IMG/VR virus record: IMGVR_UViG_3300045988_120282
Coordinates: 70,940-134,939 of that record
Reading direction: 5' to 3' (one strand)
Length of the DNA stretch: 64,000 bases
DNA from: a virus
Position 1 is the stretch's first letter, and each line of letters begins with the position of its first letter. The notes under the pieces were generated by a model. The model ran no database searches and was not told the origin of the DNA. It worked only from the letters and a program-made list of their open reading frames with translations. Shown here in pieces: positions 35,807-44,676 of this stretch. Both the position numbers and the translations under genes were made by a program.

Positions 35807-36340
35807 ATGGGTACAGAAAAGACAATTGATATTTCAAAATTATCTGAAGCACAACAGAATTTATTCAAATCATTATTTGAGCAATTTTGTGAAAGATCAG
35901 AAAAAGAAGAAAAAGCTAATTCATGTGGTTTAAAGAATGGGGATACGTATTATTTCATCACTGATGATGGGCATATCTGTATGGCAAAATGGCAAGGTAG
36001 AGCATCAGATTTTAGAAGATTAGCTTTAGGTAATGTATTTAAGACTGAAAAGGATACAGAGTTTGCTATTGAAAAGCAGAAGGTTAGGGTTGAATTGCAA
36101 ATATATGCTGATGAACATAATGATCCTGATCAAGAAGAATGGGATGGAGCGAATTTTCATTATTATATTGGATATGATGTGACTGAGGATGATTTGGCAA
36201 AAATCCCTGCCGTACAACTTAGACGCCTAAATGAGGTATATTTTTCTTCTAAAGAAATCGCTGAGGATGCCGCCAACAAGGTTGGAGCAAAACGCATCAT
36301 AAAATATCTATTTGATGTTGATTGTGAGTTGGATGAATAG
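35807..36340 (+). CDS. hypothetical protein (tandem paralog 2)
   Basis: See 35278-35790. Confidence 0.55.
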   Translation: MGTEKTIDISKLSEAQQNLFKSLFEQFCERSEKEEKANSCGLKNGDTYYFITDDGHICMAKWQGRASDFRRLALGNVFKTEKDTEFAIEKQKVRVELQIYADEHNDPDQEEWDGANFHYYIGYDVTEDDLAKIPAVQLRRLNEVYFSSKEIAEDAANKVGAKRIIKYLFDVDCELDE

Positions 36341-36341
36341 T

Positions 36342-36536
36342 ATGAAAGTTTTATATAAAGGTAAGCCATACAAAGTGTATGGAGTAAGCCCTAGCCCATA
36401 CACACAAGGTTATTACTATGAAAAGGGTGCAGATTTCTTAATCTATATAAAAAATAGTTGGGTATGGGTATCTTCTGATTATTGTGTACCATACAAAAAG
36501 AAAAAACATAAGAAGGAAGAGGGTAAACGATATTAG
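36342..36536 (+). CDS. hypothetical small basic protein
   Basis: ORF; start moved to ATG 36342; weak RBS. Confidence 0.4.
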   Translation: MKVLYKGKPYKVYGVSPSPYTQGYYYEKGADFLIYIKNSWVWVSSDYCVPYKKKKHKKEEGKRY

Positions 36537-36636
36537 ATACAGATACGCACTTAGAGATGTTTCGCTATTTGCACTTACTGACGATACAACCGATGAAGAA
36601 AAAATAATATTTACAATTCAAGGGAGCAAGGCTGAT

Positions 36637-36957
36637 ATGAATTACAATCTAACATTTCCTGTCGTAGTTCTAAAAGATGAGAATGACTCGGTTCCATATA
36701 TGGCATATATCCCATATTTTGACGTAATGACACAGGGATATGATGAAGAAGAATTGCAGATGATGGTCAAAGATTTGTTGAATCTTTGCTTAGAAGATAA
36801 GGAATCTTACACAATTCCTGCATGGGCATATAGTTATTTTAATGAAGACGATGTTAAGGAACGAGGCAGAAAATATTTCACAGAACTTGATGACGGAGAC
36901 GATACATATTTTCAGAAGAATTTTTACACAGTATGGTGGTTTGATTTTAGGAGATAG
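36637..36957 (+). CDS. HicB-like (UPF0150) antitoxin-fold protein
   Basis: MNYNLTFPVVVLKDENDSVPYMAYIPYFDVMTQGYDEEELQMMVKDLL fits the HicB N-domain pattern (Y-y-v-e-dedg-y-a-vP-l-gc-t-G-t-eEa); RBS GGGAGCAAGG; no HicA partner seen. Confidence 0.45.
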   Translation: MNYNLTFPVVVLKDENDSVPYMAYIPYFDVMTQGYDEEELQMMVKDLLNLCLEDKESYTIPAWAYSYFNEDDVKERGRKYFTELDDGDDTYFQKNFYTVWWFDFRR

Positions 36958-36982
36958 TAGTAGACAGAAAGGAGTTGTTGAT

Positions 36983-37249
36983 ATGCAGATTTTAAATCTT
37001 TCCAAAGAAGATAGTGAGGCGATCATTAGATTGGATGCAACAGAGCTAACAACATTATGTAACGCATTGTATTATTGCAGAAAAGAAATGGTCAAAAACG
37101 AAACATATCATAAGATTTATGGAGATTTGACAATGGCACGAAACTTTGCATCGTATGGACACATAGATGATTTTGCATTTAATGTGGTCGAAAAACAAAG
37201 AAGGTATCTCAGAAAAATAGAAAGAGATCGAAGAAAAGGAGAAAGATAA
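36983..37249 (+). CDS. hypothetical protein
   Basis: Start at ATG behind RBS AAAGGAG. Confidence 0.45.
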   Translation: MQILNLSKEDSEAIIRLDATELTTLCNALYYCRKEMVKNETYHKIYGDLTMARNFASYGHIDDFAFNVVEKQRRYLRKIERDRRKGER

Positions 37250-37250
37250 A

Positions 37251-37433
37251 ATGGACGTTTTATTTTACATAATTTGGATATTGGCGTTTATGGTGATCAT
37301 AGCAATTGGTGTTGGAGTACCATATATGACCTATTACAATTACAAAAGAATTAAGGCAATGGACAAGAAACTTACTGGAATGTGTACGGGTCTTGGTATT
37401 ATGTTAAGACCAGAAGAGGATGATAATGAATGA
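37251..37433 (+). CDS. small membrane protein
   Basis: FYIIWILAFMVIIAIGVGVPYMTYY hydrophobic helix. Confidence 0.45.
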   Translation: MDVLFYIIWILAFMVIIAIGVGVPYMTYYNYKRIKAMDKKLTGMCTGLGIMLRPEEDDNE

Positions 37434-37597
37434 GAAAATTAATTTGGTATATAAGATCTTGTTTCTGCAAACATGAGTGGGAACAGATATTTGATTCAGA
37501 TATATATTGGAGCAATAAATCAACTAAGCCTTATAAGTGTGAAAAAGTTTATCGCTGCAAGAAATGTGGTTGTGAGAAAAGATATGTAATAGAGTAA
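37430..37597 (+). CDS. small zinc-ribbon protein (55 aa, below track cut-off)
   Basis: ATG overlapping previous stop, RBS AGAGGATGATA; CFCKHEW ... CEKVYRCKKCGCEK. Confidence 0.4.
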   Translation: MRKLIWYIRSCFCKHEWEQIFDSDIYWSNKSTKPYKCEKVYRCKKCGCEKRYVIE

Positions 37598-37632
37598 AAT
37601 CTGAGTTTTATGTAAAGAGAGGATGATGAGAA

Positions 37633-38217
37633 ATGAGTTGGTGGACATATGTAAAGGGATTTGTTGAAGTTATACCATTTGGAAGAACACAGGCAGAGGA
37701 AAGATACATACTTGAAACTGCATTGAATCATTTGCCTAGAGTAACAGGGTCTGAAAGCGATATGAATATACATATAGTTCAAAAAGCAGGATATGATATG
37801 AGCGATTCATGTAATGAATTTGAACAACGAACTTATTTGGGAAATGGTAGAAGAGGAAATTTCGAAACACAGGGAACATATTATTTGTTAGTCGAAGGCA
37901 GTTTGCGAGACAGAGAATTTCAAGAAACATATAGAGAATTACAAAAATGGCTATGTCGGCTTGCTAAAAGAGTTAGTGTCCAAGATGTAATGATTGAGGT
38001 CAAAGCATGGAACAGAAATAAACTTATTAGAAATGATAAAGGAATTTATACTCAAATGCTCGAAGATGTTAGTTGGATAAACAAGAATAGCATTAATTGG
38101 TGCGAATATCTAATGTGGAAACCTTATGGAACACATAGAATGGTTGGTTATCCTGAGAAGCTTGTAGAAAAATATTATCCAGAGATATACAAGAAAGAAA
38201 AGGAGTATGAGGAATGA
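37633..38217 (+). CDS. hypothetical protein
   Basis: ORF with RBS AGAGAGGATGATGAG. Confidence 0.5.
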   Translation: MSWWTYVKGFVEVIPFGRTQAEERYILETALNHLPRVTGSESDMNIHIVQKAGYDMSDSCNEFEQRTYLGNGRRGNFETQGTYYLLVEGSLRDREFQETYRELQKWLCRLAKRVSVQDVMIEVKAWNRNKLIRNDKGIYTQMLEDVSWINKNSINWCEYLMWKPYGTHRMVGYPEKLVEKYYPEIYKKEKEYEE

Positions 38218-38552
38218 TAAATATAGTTGCGATTATATTGGGAACGATTGTTGGTAACATTATTGGTAACGAAATATTTGATAGTTTGTGTCGAAAAGAT
38301 AAACGTGTTAGTGATTTTCACAAGGATAATGATGTATCACTGCGTACTCGGACAGAAAATGATATGAAGCAATTAGATATGATGTTTGATGATCAGGTTA
38401 TTAGGATATTAAGAGATATTCAAAACCATTGGTTACCTGAAAGACCAATAATATACGGAGATGATCGTATGTATACAGAGTCACAATACCAGGCAGAAAA
38501 GATGCATCAGGCTATTGACGATGCCGTTACTGTGTTATTAGAAAAAATGTAA
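38214..38552 (+). CDS. hypothetical protein
   Basis: ORF overlapping previous stop, RBS AAGGAGTATGAGG. Confidence 0.5.
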   Translation: MINIVAIILGTIVGNIIGNEIFDSLCRKDKRVSDFHKDNDVSLRTRTENDMKQLDMMFDDQVIRILRDIQNHWLPERPIIYGDDRMYTESQYQAEKMHQAIDDAVTVLLEKM

Positions 38553-38567
38553 AGTGAGGTAATTAAT

Positions 38568-38888
38568 ATGGGAGCCAATATTGAGTTTGCCATTGGCTAT
38601 GCGATCGGGTTTTGTATCGTTGGAGCGATTGTATTCCTGAGATACGAAAGAAAGATGGATCGGATGAGGCAGACAAATGTAAGTTTGATCTTAGATAAGA
38701 TGTCATTCATGGCTGATGCGAACGACAAAGAAAATGGTACATATAATAAGGAAGAAACTCGTTCAGATGTTAAGGACGCAGTGAAGTATGCAATGAAGAA
38801 AAGTCATCCAGATAATGGTGGCAGTGCAGATGATTTTAGAAAATTTAGAGAGCTTTATGAAGAAATGGAAGGTAAGACTCATGAGTAA
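38568..38888 (+). CDS. membrane-anchored J-domain-like protein (HPD motif)
   Basis: N-terminal TM helix IEFAIGYAIGFCIVGAIVFL; C-terminal AVKYAMKKSHPDNGGSADDFRKFRELYEEM resembles J-domain helix II-III with the invariant HPD tripeptide. Confidence 0.45.
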   Translation: MGANIEFAIGYAIGFCIVGAIVFLRYERKMDRMRQTNVSLILDKMSFMADANDKENGTYNKEETRSDVKDAVKYAMKKSHPDNGGSADDFRKFRELYEEMEGKTHE

Positions 38889-38957
38889 GCAAGACTCATT
38901 AAAGTTCCTGCAAGGTTTGATTGACGAAGTAGAAAATTGGACAAAAGAATTTGAGGC

Positions 38958-39239
38958 TTGATGCCTATTGAATTTTACATAGGTACAAAACCTGAACATG
39001 GCTATATGATTTATGAAGATAGTTTGGTAACTATAAAAATAACAAAATCAAAAGGAATTGAAATAAAAATGAAAACAAGACAAGAACGTAAACAGGAAAT
39101 AAAACGATTCTTTGATCAGTTGAGCCCAGACGAATTGGACAGGCTATTAGAAAGAAATGGAATTAATGACAAAGAGTCTGATGAGGCTCTTGCATATAGA
39201 ATTATTAAAGAAGAAATTGAGAAAGGAGAGATAACATGA
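38958..39239 (+). CDS. hypothetical protein
   Basis: ORF. Confidence 0.45.
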   Translation: MMPIEFYIGTKPEHGYMIYEDSLVTIKITKSKGIEIKMKTRQERKQEIKRFFDQLSPDELDRLLERNGINDKESDEALAYRIIKEEIEKGEIT

Positions 39240-39547
39240 ACCACTTTTTATATATTGAATCACGAGAAGAAGAGGATTCATCGCTTGACTCTAAGCGTGT
39301 TTTATTGAATGAAGAAAACTACAAACATATTATTGCATCATTAGATCATTATCCACCGACAGCACAAGAAGTTAAGAAAGCAATTTGTATTTTGGTAGGA
39401 AGATTGATTTACAGAAGTGTTTGGAATATGGAAACTGATATTGATAGTTTGAATATGAGTTATTCTCCGCCAAAAGAAATGACGATTGAAGAAATTGAAA
39501 AGGAACTTGGTTATAAAGTTAAGCTTGTAAAGGAGGAAAAAGAATAA
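39236..39547 (+). CDS. hypothetical protein
   Basis: ORF overlapping previous stop, RBS AAAGGAGAG. Confidence 0.5.
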   Translation: MNHFLYIESREEEDSSLDSKRVLLNEENYKHIIASLDHYPPTAQEVKKAICILVGRLIYRSVWNMETDIDSLNMSYSPPKEMTIEEIEKELGYKVKLVKEEKE

Positions 39548-39621
39548 AAACTAAGAAGGGCTATGAAAACAACAGTATTGAAAACTGTCTAAATCATTAT
39601 AAATCAGCACAACAATTATTT

Positions 39622-40251
39622 ATGGAACTGTATAATACAGGGGATCTTTACTTGATAGGCGGAGCCCCAAGAGAATTTTTAGAAACAGGCAACATTAAAG
39701 ATGCAAAAGATATTGACGTTGTGATTGATACAAAAGAAACAGATAAGTTTGATGCAGTTTGTAAAAAATATCATGCCAGAAAGAACTTTTTTGATGGATA
39801 TAAAATTACCTACCATGACATTGTTGTTGATGTATGGAGAATAGAGCAAACATGGGCATATAGAGAGAATATCATTAACTGTTCTGAAGAAGATTATCTA
39901 AAGAATTTACCTTTTACTGTATTTTTCAACTTAGATTCTTTAGTGTACGACATAAAAAGAAACGTATGGTATGATGAGCTTTATATAAAGGCAAAGGAAA
40001 GCAATACATTAGATATTGTATTAGAAGAAAATCCACATATTGATCTAAATATTTTGAGGGGAATGATTTTTCAAAACAGATATCATATGAAATATTCTAT
40101 TCGTCTTAAAGAGTTGATCTTGGATCACTATAAGAAAGAGAGAGAATATGAAAAGATACTGCATGACATTCAATTTAAACGATATAAGAAAGAAATTTTG
40201 TCTTTGAATGATATTAAAAATCAATTGGATTATATCTTTTCAAAAAGATAG
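39622..40251 (+). CDS. nucleotidyltransferase with polyA-polymerase/CCA-enzyme head-domain motif
   Basis: YLIGGAPREFLETGNIKDAKDIDVVIDT aligns with the GGaVRD...DiD head motif of CCA-adding/polyA polymerases; only ~209 aa; no obvious RBS so start uncertain. Confidence 0.6.
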   Translation: MELYNTGDLYLIGGAPREFLETGNIKDAKDIDVVIDTKETDKFDAVCKKYHARKNFFDGYKITYHDIVVDVWRIEQTWAYRENIINCSEEDYLKNLPFTVFFNLDSLVYDIKRNVWYDELYIKAKESNTLDIVLEENPHIDLNILRGMIFQNRYHMKYSIRLKELILDHYKKEREYEKILHDIQFKRYKKEILSLNDIKNQLDYIFSKR

Positions 40252-40301
40252 ATTAGTAGATGTTTGTATATAAACAGAGAAATGAGAAGGAGGACTAAAG
40301 A

Positions 40302-41255
40302 ATGAAATGTTTTTATCATGTGGATCAAGACGGAATCGTGTCTGGATTCTACGTCAGAAAAGCTTGCGAACAGCGAGGCTTGGCATTTGAACCAGAGGAC
40401 TTTCGAAAAATTAATTACGGTATGAAATTCCCGTTTCATGACATTGAGCAGGATGAATTTGTGTTTATTGTAGACTACAGTATTGAGCCAGAAGAGATGT
40501 GGCAGTTGCTCAGTATTACAAAGAATGTATTTTGGATCGACCATCATCAGTCTACGATTGAAGCGTATAAAGATTTCAAGTGTGATGTAAAAGGAATCAG
40601 AATTACTGGAGCGGGTATTTCAGGAGCGAATTTGACATGGTTATATTTTAAATATATGTGTGATGAAAATTGGGAGCAAATTGAGAGGACGGATGAGAAA
40701 AATGTAAAAAGATTACTCAATATATATAAATATAAAGCAGATTATCCAAAACTGGTAGAATATACAGCCATGTGGGATACATTTTATTTTGGTGAAACGT
40801 CAAAACAATTCGTAAAAGCATTTCACTATGCATTTGAATCGTATGATTTTGATGCGTTAAGTCCTTTGCTAAACACGTTAAATAAAGATCAAGGAATTTA
40901 TGAAGCAGCAAAAATTATTGGTGATATGATAGCAGATGGCTTATCAATTATTGAGTATTTAGCAGCAAATGCAGAACAATATCTTAGAGCATATGGTTTT
41001 GAAACCATATTTGAAGGGCATAAAGTCTATGCAATCAATCGAGCATTAATCAATTCTGATTTCTTCGAATCTATTGACGCTTCTAAATACGATATGTTCA
41101 TCGGTTTTTCATTCAATGGAAGTATGTGGGAATACCAGCTACGATCCGCAGAACAGGATAAAGTAAATGTGTATGAGCTTGCTGTGAAATATGGTGGTGG
41201 CGGTCATCCAAATGCAGCTGGGTTCAGAAGTGATAAATATGTGTTAGGAGTGTGA
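40302..41255 (+). CDS. DHH/DHHA1 phosphoesterase (NrnA-like nanoRNase / pAp / cyclic-oligonucleotide phosphodiesterase family)
   Basis: HVDQDGIVSG (H-x-D-x-DG-x-S), IDHHQS (DHH) and C-terminal GGGGHPNAAGF (DHHA1 GGGH). Confidence 0.8.
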   Translation: MKCFYHVDQDGIVSGFYVRKACEQRGLAFEPEDFRKINYGMKFPFHDIEQDEFVFIVDYSIEPEEMWQLLSITKNVFWIDHHQSTIEAYKDFKCDVKGIRITGAGISGANLTWLYFKYMCDENWEQIERTDEKNVKRLLNIYKYKADYPKLVEYTAMWDTFYFGETSKQFVKAFHYAFESYDFDALSPLLNTLNKDQGIYEAAKIIGDMIADGLSIIEYLAANAEQYLRAYGFETIFEGHKVYAINRALINSDFFESIDASKYDMFIGFSFNGSMWEYQLRSAEQDKVNVYELAVKYGGGGHPNAAGFRSDKYVLGV

Positions 41256-41258
41256 TGT

Positions 41259-42044
41259 ATGTCAAGGAAAAATACAAGAGAAATTGAACTTGCTTTTAGT
41301 AAACACAGAGATCCAGATTGGGAAGCCGATGTTGAAATTTATGGTAAAAGAGTTTTAAAAACAGTTCGTGGTATTTGTCTTGGAGATGAATGGACGGAAA
41401 TTGATTCATTGAAAAATAAAGATTGGATTGAGCTGTCAGATATGTTTGGTAATTTTGACAATCATAATCCCTATTTCAATCATAACCCACAATATGTTTT
41501 ATTGGATAAATTCTCTATAACATCTCCTGCGATATTGTGTAGCAATGAAATAGTTATGAAAAATGGCAAAGTTTTGAGTGTTAATAATATATCAGCAAAT
41601 CTATCAGGCGAAAAGGAGGTATACAAGATTTATTCAAATACGAAATATGATGATTATACATATTATGATGAATCAAAAAATTTAGTATTTGAATTAGCAT
41701 CAAAAGATGTTGATAAGATAATCCGATTTATGAGAGATTTTATGGATGTATTGCGTGACAGTAAGTTAACAAAGTATAGAAATAGTAGTTTTTTATGGAG
41801 ACTATTTAACACTCTTGATATGCCATATTTTAAACAAACATATTCCATGAATGATTTGAAAAAATATACAAACACATTTAGATCCGAGGTTTGTGGTCAA
41901 CTAAAAGAAACTATTCCTAATTTTAAATATACTGGAGTTCCAATGGGCGGGTATATTGAAAGATATTTTGAATTAAGCTATGTAGAGGAAGTACAAAAAT
42001 TCATTAAAGAACAGGAGGATAAAAAATGTGAAGAAATTAAATGA
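41259..42044 (+). CDS. hypothetical protein
   Basis: ORF with RBS TAGGAGTG. Confidence 0.5.
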   Translation: MSRKNTREIELAFSKHRDPDWEADVEIYGKRVLKTVRGICLGDEWTEIDSLKNKDWIELSDMFGNFDNHNPYFNHNPQYVLLDKFSITSPAILCSNEIVMKNGKVLSVNNISANLSGEKEVYKIYSNTKYDDYTYYDESKNLVFELASKDVDKIIRFMRDFMDVLRDSKLTKYRNSSFLWRLFNTLDMPYFKQTYSMNDLKKYTNTFRSEVCGQLKETIPNFKYTGVPMGGYIERYFELSYVEEVQKFIKEQEDKKCEEIK

Positions 42045-42561
42045 TGAACAGCGAAAGCTGATTGAAGATAATTATTCTTTAATTTGGCATTTACATGAAA
42101 AATATTTTACAAAGTTTACAGATTTTGATACATATATGGATCTTGGTCGTATGGCAATTTGTAAAGCAGCATTAAAATGGGACGAGTCTAAAGGAACTTT
42201 TGGTACATATCTCTTCTGGGTATTACGTTCAGAAGTGAATCAATATTATACAAAATGGCACAGACCAACAGAAAAAATGAATAGGAATGCTGAATCGTTA
42301 GATACGCCATTGGCAGGATATGAACCAGAAGATGATATTACAATCGGAACAACACTGATGAGTGGGGATAACGTAGAAGATGAGGTGCTTACAAAGGTAC
42401 ATTTTCAAAATGAGTTTGATAAATTGGCACCGAGAAATAAAAAGATTATCACGTTAAAGCAGAAAGGTTTAACACAAAGACAAATTGCAAGTCAGCTTGG
42501 AATCACTCATCAGTGGGTTAGTCAAAATATTGTACAGTTTAAGAAAGCATTATGTGGATAA
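42028..42561 (+). CDS. sigma-70-family RNA polymerase sigma factor (region 2 + region 4)
   Basis: GTG start behind AGGAGG; LIWHLHEKYF..YMDLGRMAICKAALKWDESKGTFGTYLFWVLRSEV (region 2) and LTQRQIASQLGITHQWVSQNIVQFKKAL (region 4 HTH). Confidence 0.8.
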   Translation: MKKLNDEQRKLIEDNYSLIWHLHEKYFTKFTDFDTYMDLGRMAICKAALKWDESKGTFGTYLFWVLRSEVNQYYTKWHRPTEKMNRNAESLDTPLAGYEPEDDITIGTTLMSGDNVEDEVLTKVHFQNEFDKLAPRNKKIITLKQKGLTQRQIASQLGITHQWVSQNIVQFKKALCG

Positions 42562-42574
42562 AAGAGGTGAGACC

Positions 42575-43408
42575 ATGACAATTGAAGAAGTAAAGAATTA
42601 CATAAACTCGTCTACAGAGTATGACTTTTTGCGAGATTATCCGCACAAAATCGCTTTTCTCACGTTAGGTGGAAGTTATGCCTACGGAACAAACACAGAG
42701 GATTCTGACATTGATTTACGTGGTGTTTTTCTTAGTGATAAAAGAGAGATTTTGTTGAATAATAACCAGAACAATCTTGAGAAGACCGATAATCATAAAG
42801 ACATTGATACCGTGTTACATTCGCATATTAAGATGATTAATATGCTTGCCAAGGGCAATCCTACATTTTTAGAGTTGCTATACTTTGCGCCAGACCGCTA
42901 TTTGTATGTATCCGATATTGGTATGGAGTTGATCAAAAATAGAGACATGTTCTTATCTAAGAGAGTTTATCATGCATATAAAGGATATATATGCGATTGT
43001 CTGACTCGAACGAGTTTTAAGTATTATAAAAATAAAGATTCAGAGAAAGAAAAGCAAAAGGCAGAACGATACGCTAATAAATCAATGATGCATGCAGTTC
43101 GATTATTGTTGCAGGGCATTGAATTATTACATAACGGAACAATGTTTGGGTCTATGGACGACATAGGAAAAGATCTTGTAAAGATCAAAGAAGGGTATAA
43201 TAGTACGCATAAAACATATAGATTTAGCAAACACAATGAGCATACAGAATATTTCCCAAATCAGTCATACGATGTTTTTATTGAAGGATTACTTTATCAA
43301 TTTGATTATGATTATATGAATACTGATTTGCCAGACGAACCAGACTGGGATCGTATCAATAACTTCTTGATGACAACAAATGAACGAATTGTGAGAGGAA
43401 TGGTGTAA
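42575..43408 (+). CDS. predicted nucleotidyltransferase (minimal NTase-fold, GS-x-D-x-D)
   Basis: LTLGGSYAYGTNTEDSDIDLRGVF is the NTase-fold G[SG]...D.D signature; start at ATG 42575 behind RBS AAGAGGTGA. Confidence 0.55.
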   Translation: MTIEEVKNYINSSTEYDFLRDYPHKIAFLTLGGSYAYGTNTEDSDIDLRGVFLSDKREILLNNNQNNLEKTDNHKDIDTVLHSHIKMINMLAKGNPTFLELLYFAPDRYLYVSDIGMELIKNRDMFLSKRVYHAYKGYICDCLTRTSFKYYKNKDSEKEKQKAERYANKSMMHAVRLLLQGIELLHNGTMFGSMDDIGKDLVKIKEGYNSTHKTYRFSKHNEHTEYFPNQSYDVFIEGLLYQFDYDYMNTDLPDEPDWDRINNFLMTTNERIVRGMV

Positions 43409-43410
43409 AA

Positions 43411-43680
43411 ATGTATGTAAAGATTGGAGACGAAATTGCTTTTCATCCTGGCGAATGCTTAGAAGAATTTGTTGAATCTTGCAGGATGACTCCTTATCAG
43501 CTTGCGAGTAAAATTGGCATGGATGTTGATTATGTTCAAGGGTTGATTGACGGATCACAAAGTGTTACAAAAGAATTTGCGAAAACAATGGCAGACCATT
43601 ATGGGTTTGCTGATGATGGGCAGTTCTGGTTAAATTTGCAAGAAACATTTGATAAGAAAGTAGGTGATAGGGATGTTTAA
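43411..43680 (+). CDS. HigA-family HTH antitoxin-like protein
   Basis: HPGECLEEFVESCRMTPYQLASKIGMDVDYVQGLIDGSQSVTKEFAKTMADHYGFADDGQFWLNLQETFD matches the HigA/antidote consensus (HPGE-L-E ... WlNLQ--yD). Confidence 0.65.
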   Translation: MYVKIGDEIAFHPGECLEEFVESCRMTPYQLASKIGMDVDYVQGLIDGSQSVTKEFAKTMADHYGFADDGQFWLNLQETFDKKVGDRDV

Positions 43681-44209
43681 ATTAATAAAACGCCCACGTT
43701 CTGATAACGATAAATATACTAAATATGATGTTGTGCTTGATAAAGAATATACTGTAGAAGAATTTATTGATGCGATTGCAGATGGAAGAAATGGAACGCA
43801 TGGTCAAATTACAATAAAAAATGATAAAGAAGCCATTGAATCACTTGTCTATAATATCGAGAGTATTGATTATAGACATTGTGTACTTCAAAATGCTGAA
43901 GAAAAAATTAAACAAGTATGGGCATATGGTAGCTGGTTAAAAATCAATTATACTATTTTACTTGAAAATAAAAAGGAAACACAAAAAGGTGCGCTCAGAT
44001 TTATTGTTAAGAAACCAGATGGAGAAGAATCAGTGGTTGTTATTTTTAGGAACAAGTCAGATGGCACATATTCATTTGTTAATTTGACCAAAGAGCATAT
44101 TTGTTCATGTAAATTTAAGACAATTGAGGAAGCGATTCAGGATATGAATGATCGACTAAGAAAAGGATTGATTGAGTCCTATGTTGTGAAAGGAGAAATG
44201 AAACAGTGA
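43673..44209 (+). CDS. hypothetical protein
   Basis: ORF; start at ATG behind GTAGGTGA. Confidence 0.5.
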   Translation: MFKLIKRPRSDNDKYTKYDVVLDKEYTVEEFIDAIADGRNGTHGQITIKNDKEAIESLVYNIESIDYRHCVLQNAEEKIKQVWAYGSWLKINYTILLENKKETQKGALRFIVKKPDGEESVVVIFRNKSDGTYSFVNLTKEHICSCKFKTIEEAIQDMNDRLRKGLIESYVVKGEMKQ

Positions 44210-44676
44210 GTAATGTATTTCAGATTTATTTAGCAGGCGGTATGCAGGATTTATCGTTTGAAGAGCAGAATGCTTGGAGAGAAAGAATTTGCAATCAAAT
44301 TATTGCTATGCGTAGGATTCTTAATGTTAATATGAAAGAAGTTAATATTATTAACCCTGTTGATTATTACAATTTTCAAACAGAGTTGCATGATACAGAA
44401 AAAGAAGTAATGAGATTTGATACAAATTTTGTTAGAAATAGTGATCTTGTTGTAGTAAATGCGAATGATCCGAAAAGCATTGGTACATCTATGGAGATTG
44501 CAATTGCATATGAACGTCATATTCCTGTACTGGTTTTGAATACAGAAAAGAAAAGATTACATGCTTGGTGGGTGCAAATGTCTGACAAGATATTTGACGA
44601 TGAGAAAAAATTATGTACATATATATATGATTTTTATCTTAAGATGGGTCATTGTAGTATTCGAGCATGGGTGTAA
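44206..44676 (+). CDS. nucleoside 2-deoxyribosyltransferase / Rcl (DNPH1)-like protein
   Basis: N-terminal IYLAGGMQDL and later acidic MEIAIAYERHIPVLVL fit the Rossmann-like deoxyribosyltransferase/Rcl pattern (YLAGp ... E..A); tentative. Confidence 0.5.
   Translation: MSNVFQIYLAGGMQDLSFEEQNAWRERICNQIIAMRRILNVNMKEVNIINPVDYYNFQTELHDTEKEVMRFDTNFVRNSDLVVVNANDPKSIGTSMEIAIAYERHIPVLVLNTEKKRLHAWWVQMSDKIFDDEKKLCTYIYDFYLKMGHCSIRAWV

Noticed and set aside
36342-36536. HicA toxin upstream of the HicB-like gene
   Set aside because: The 64-aa product has no YcfA/HicA-like features.
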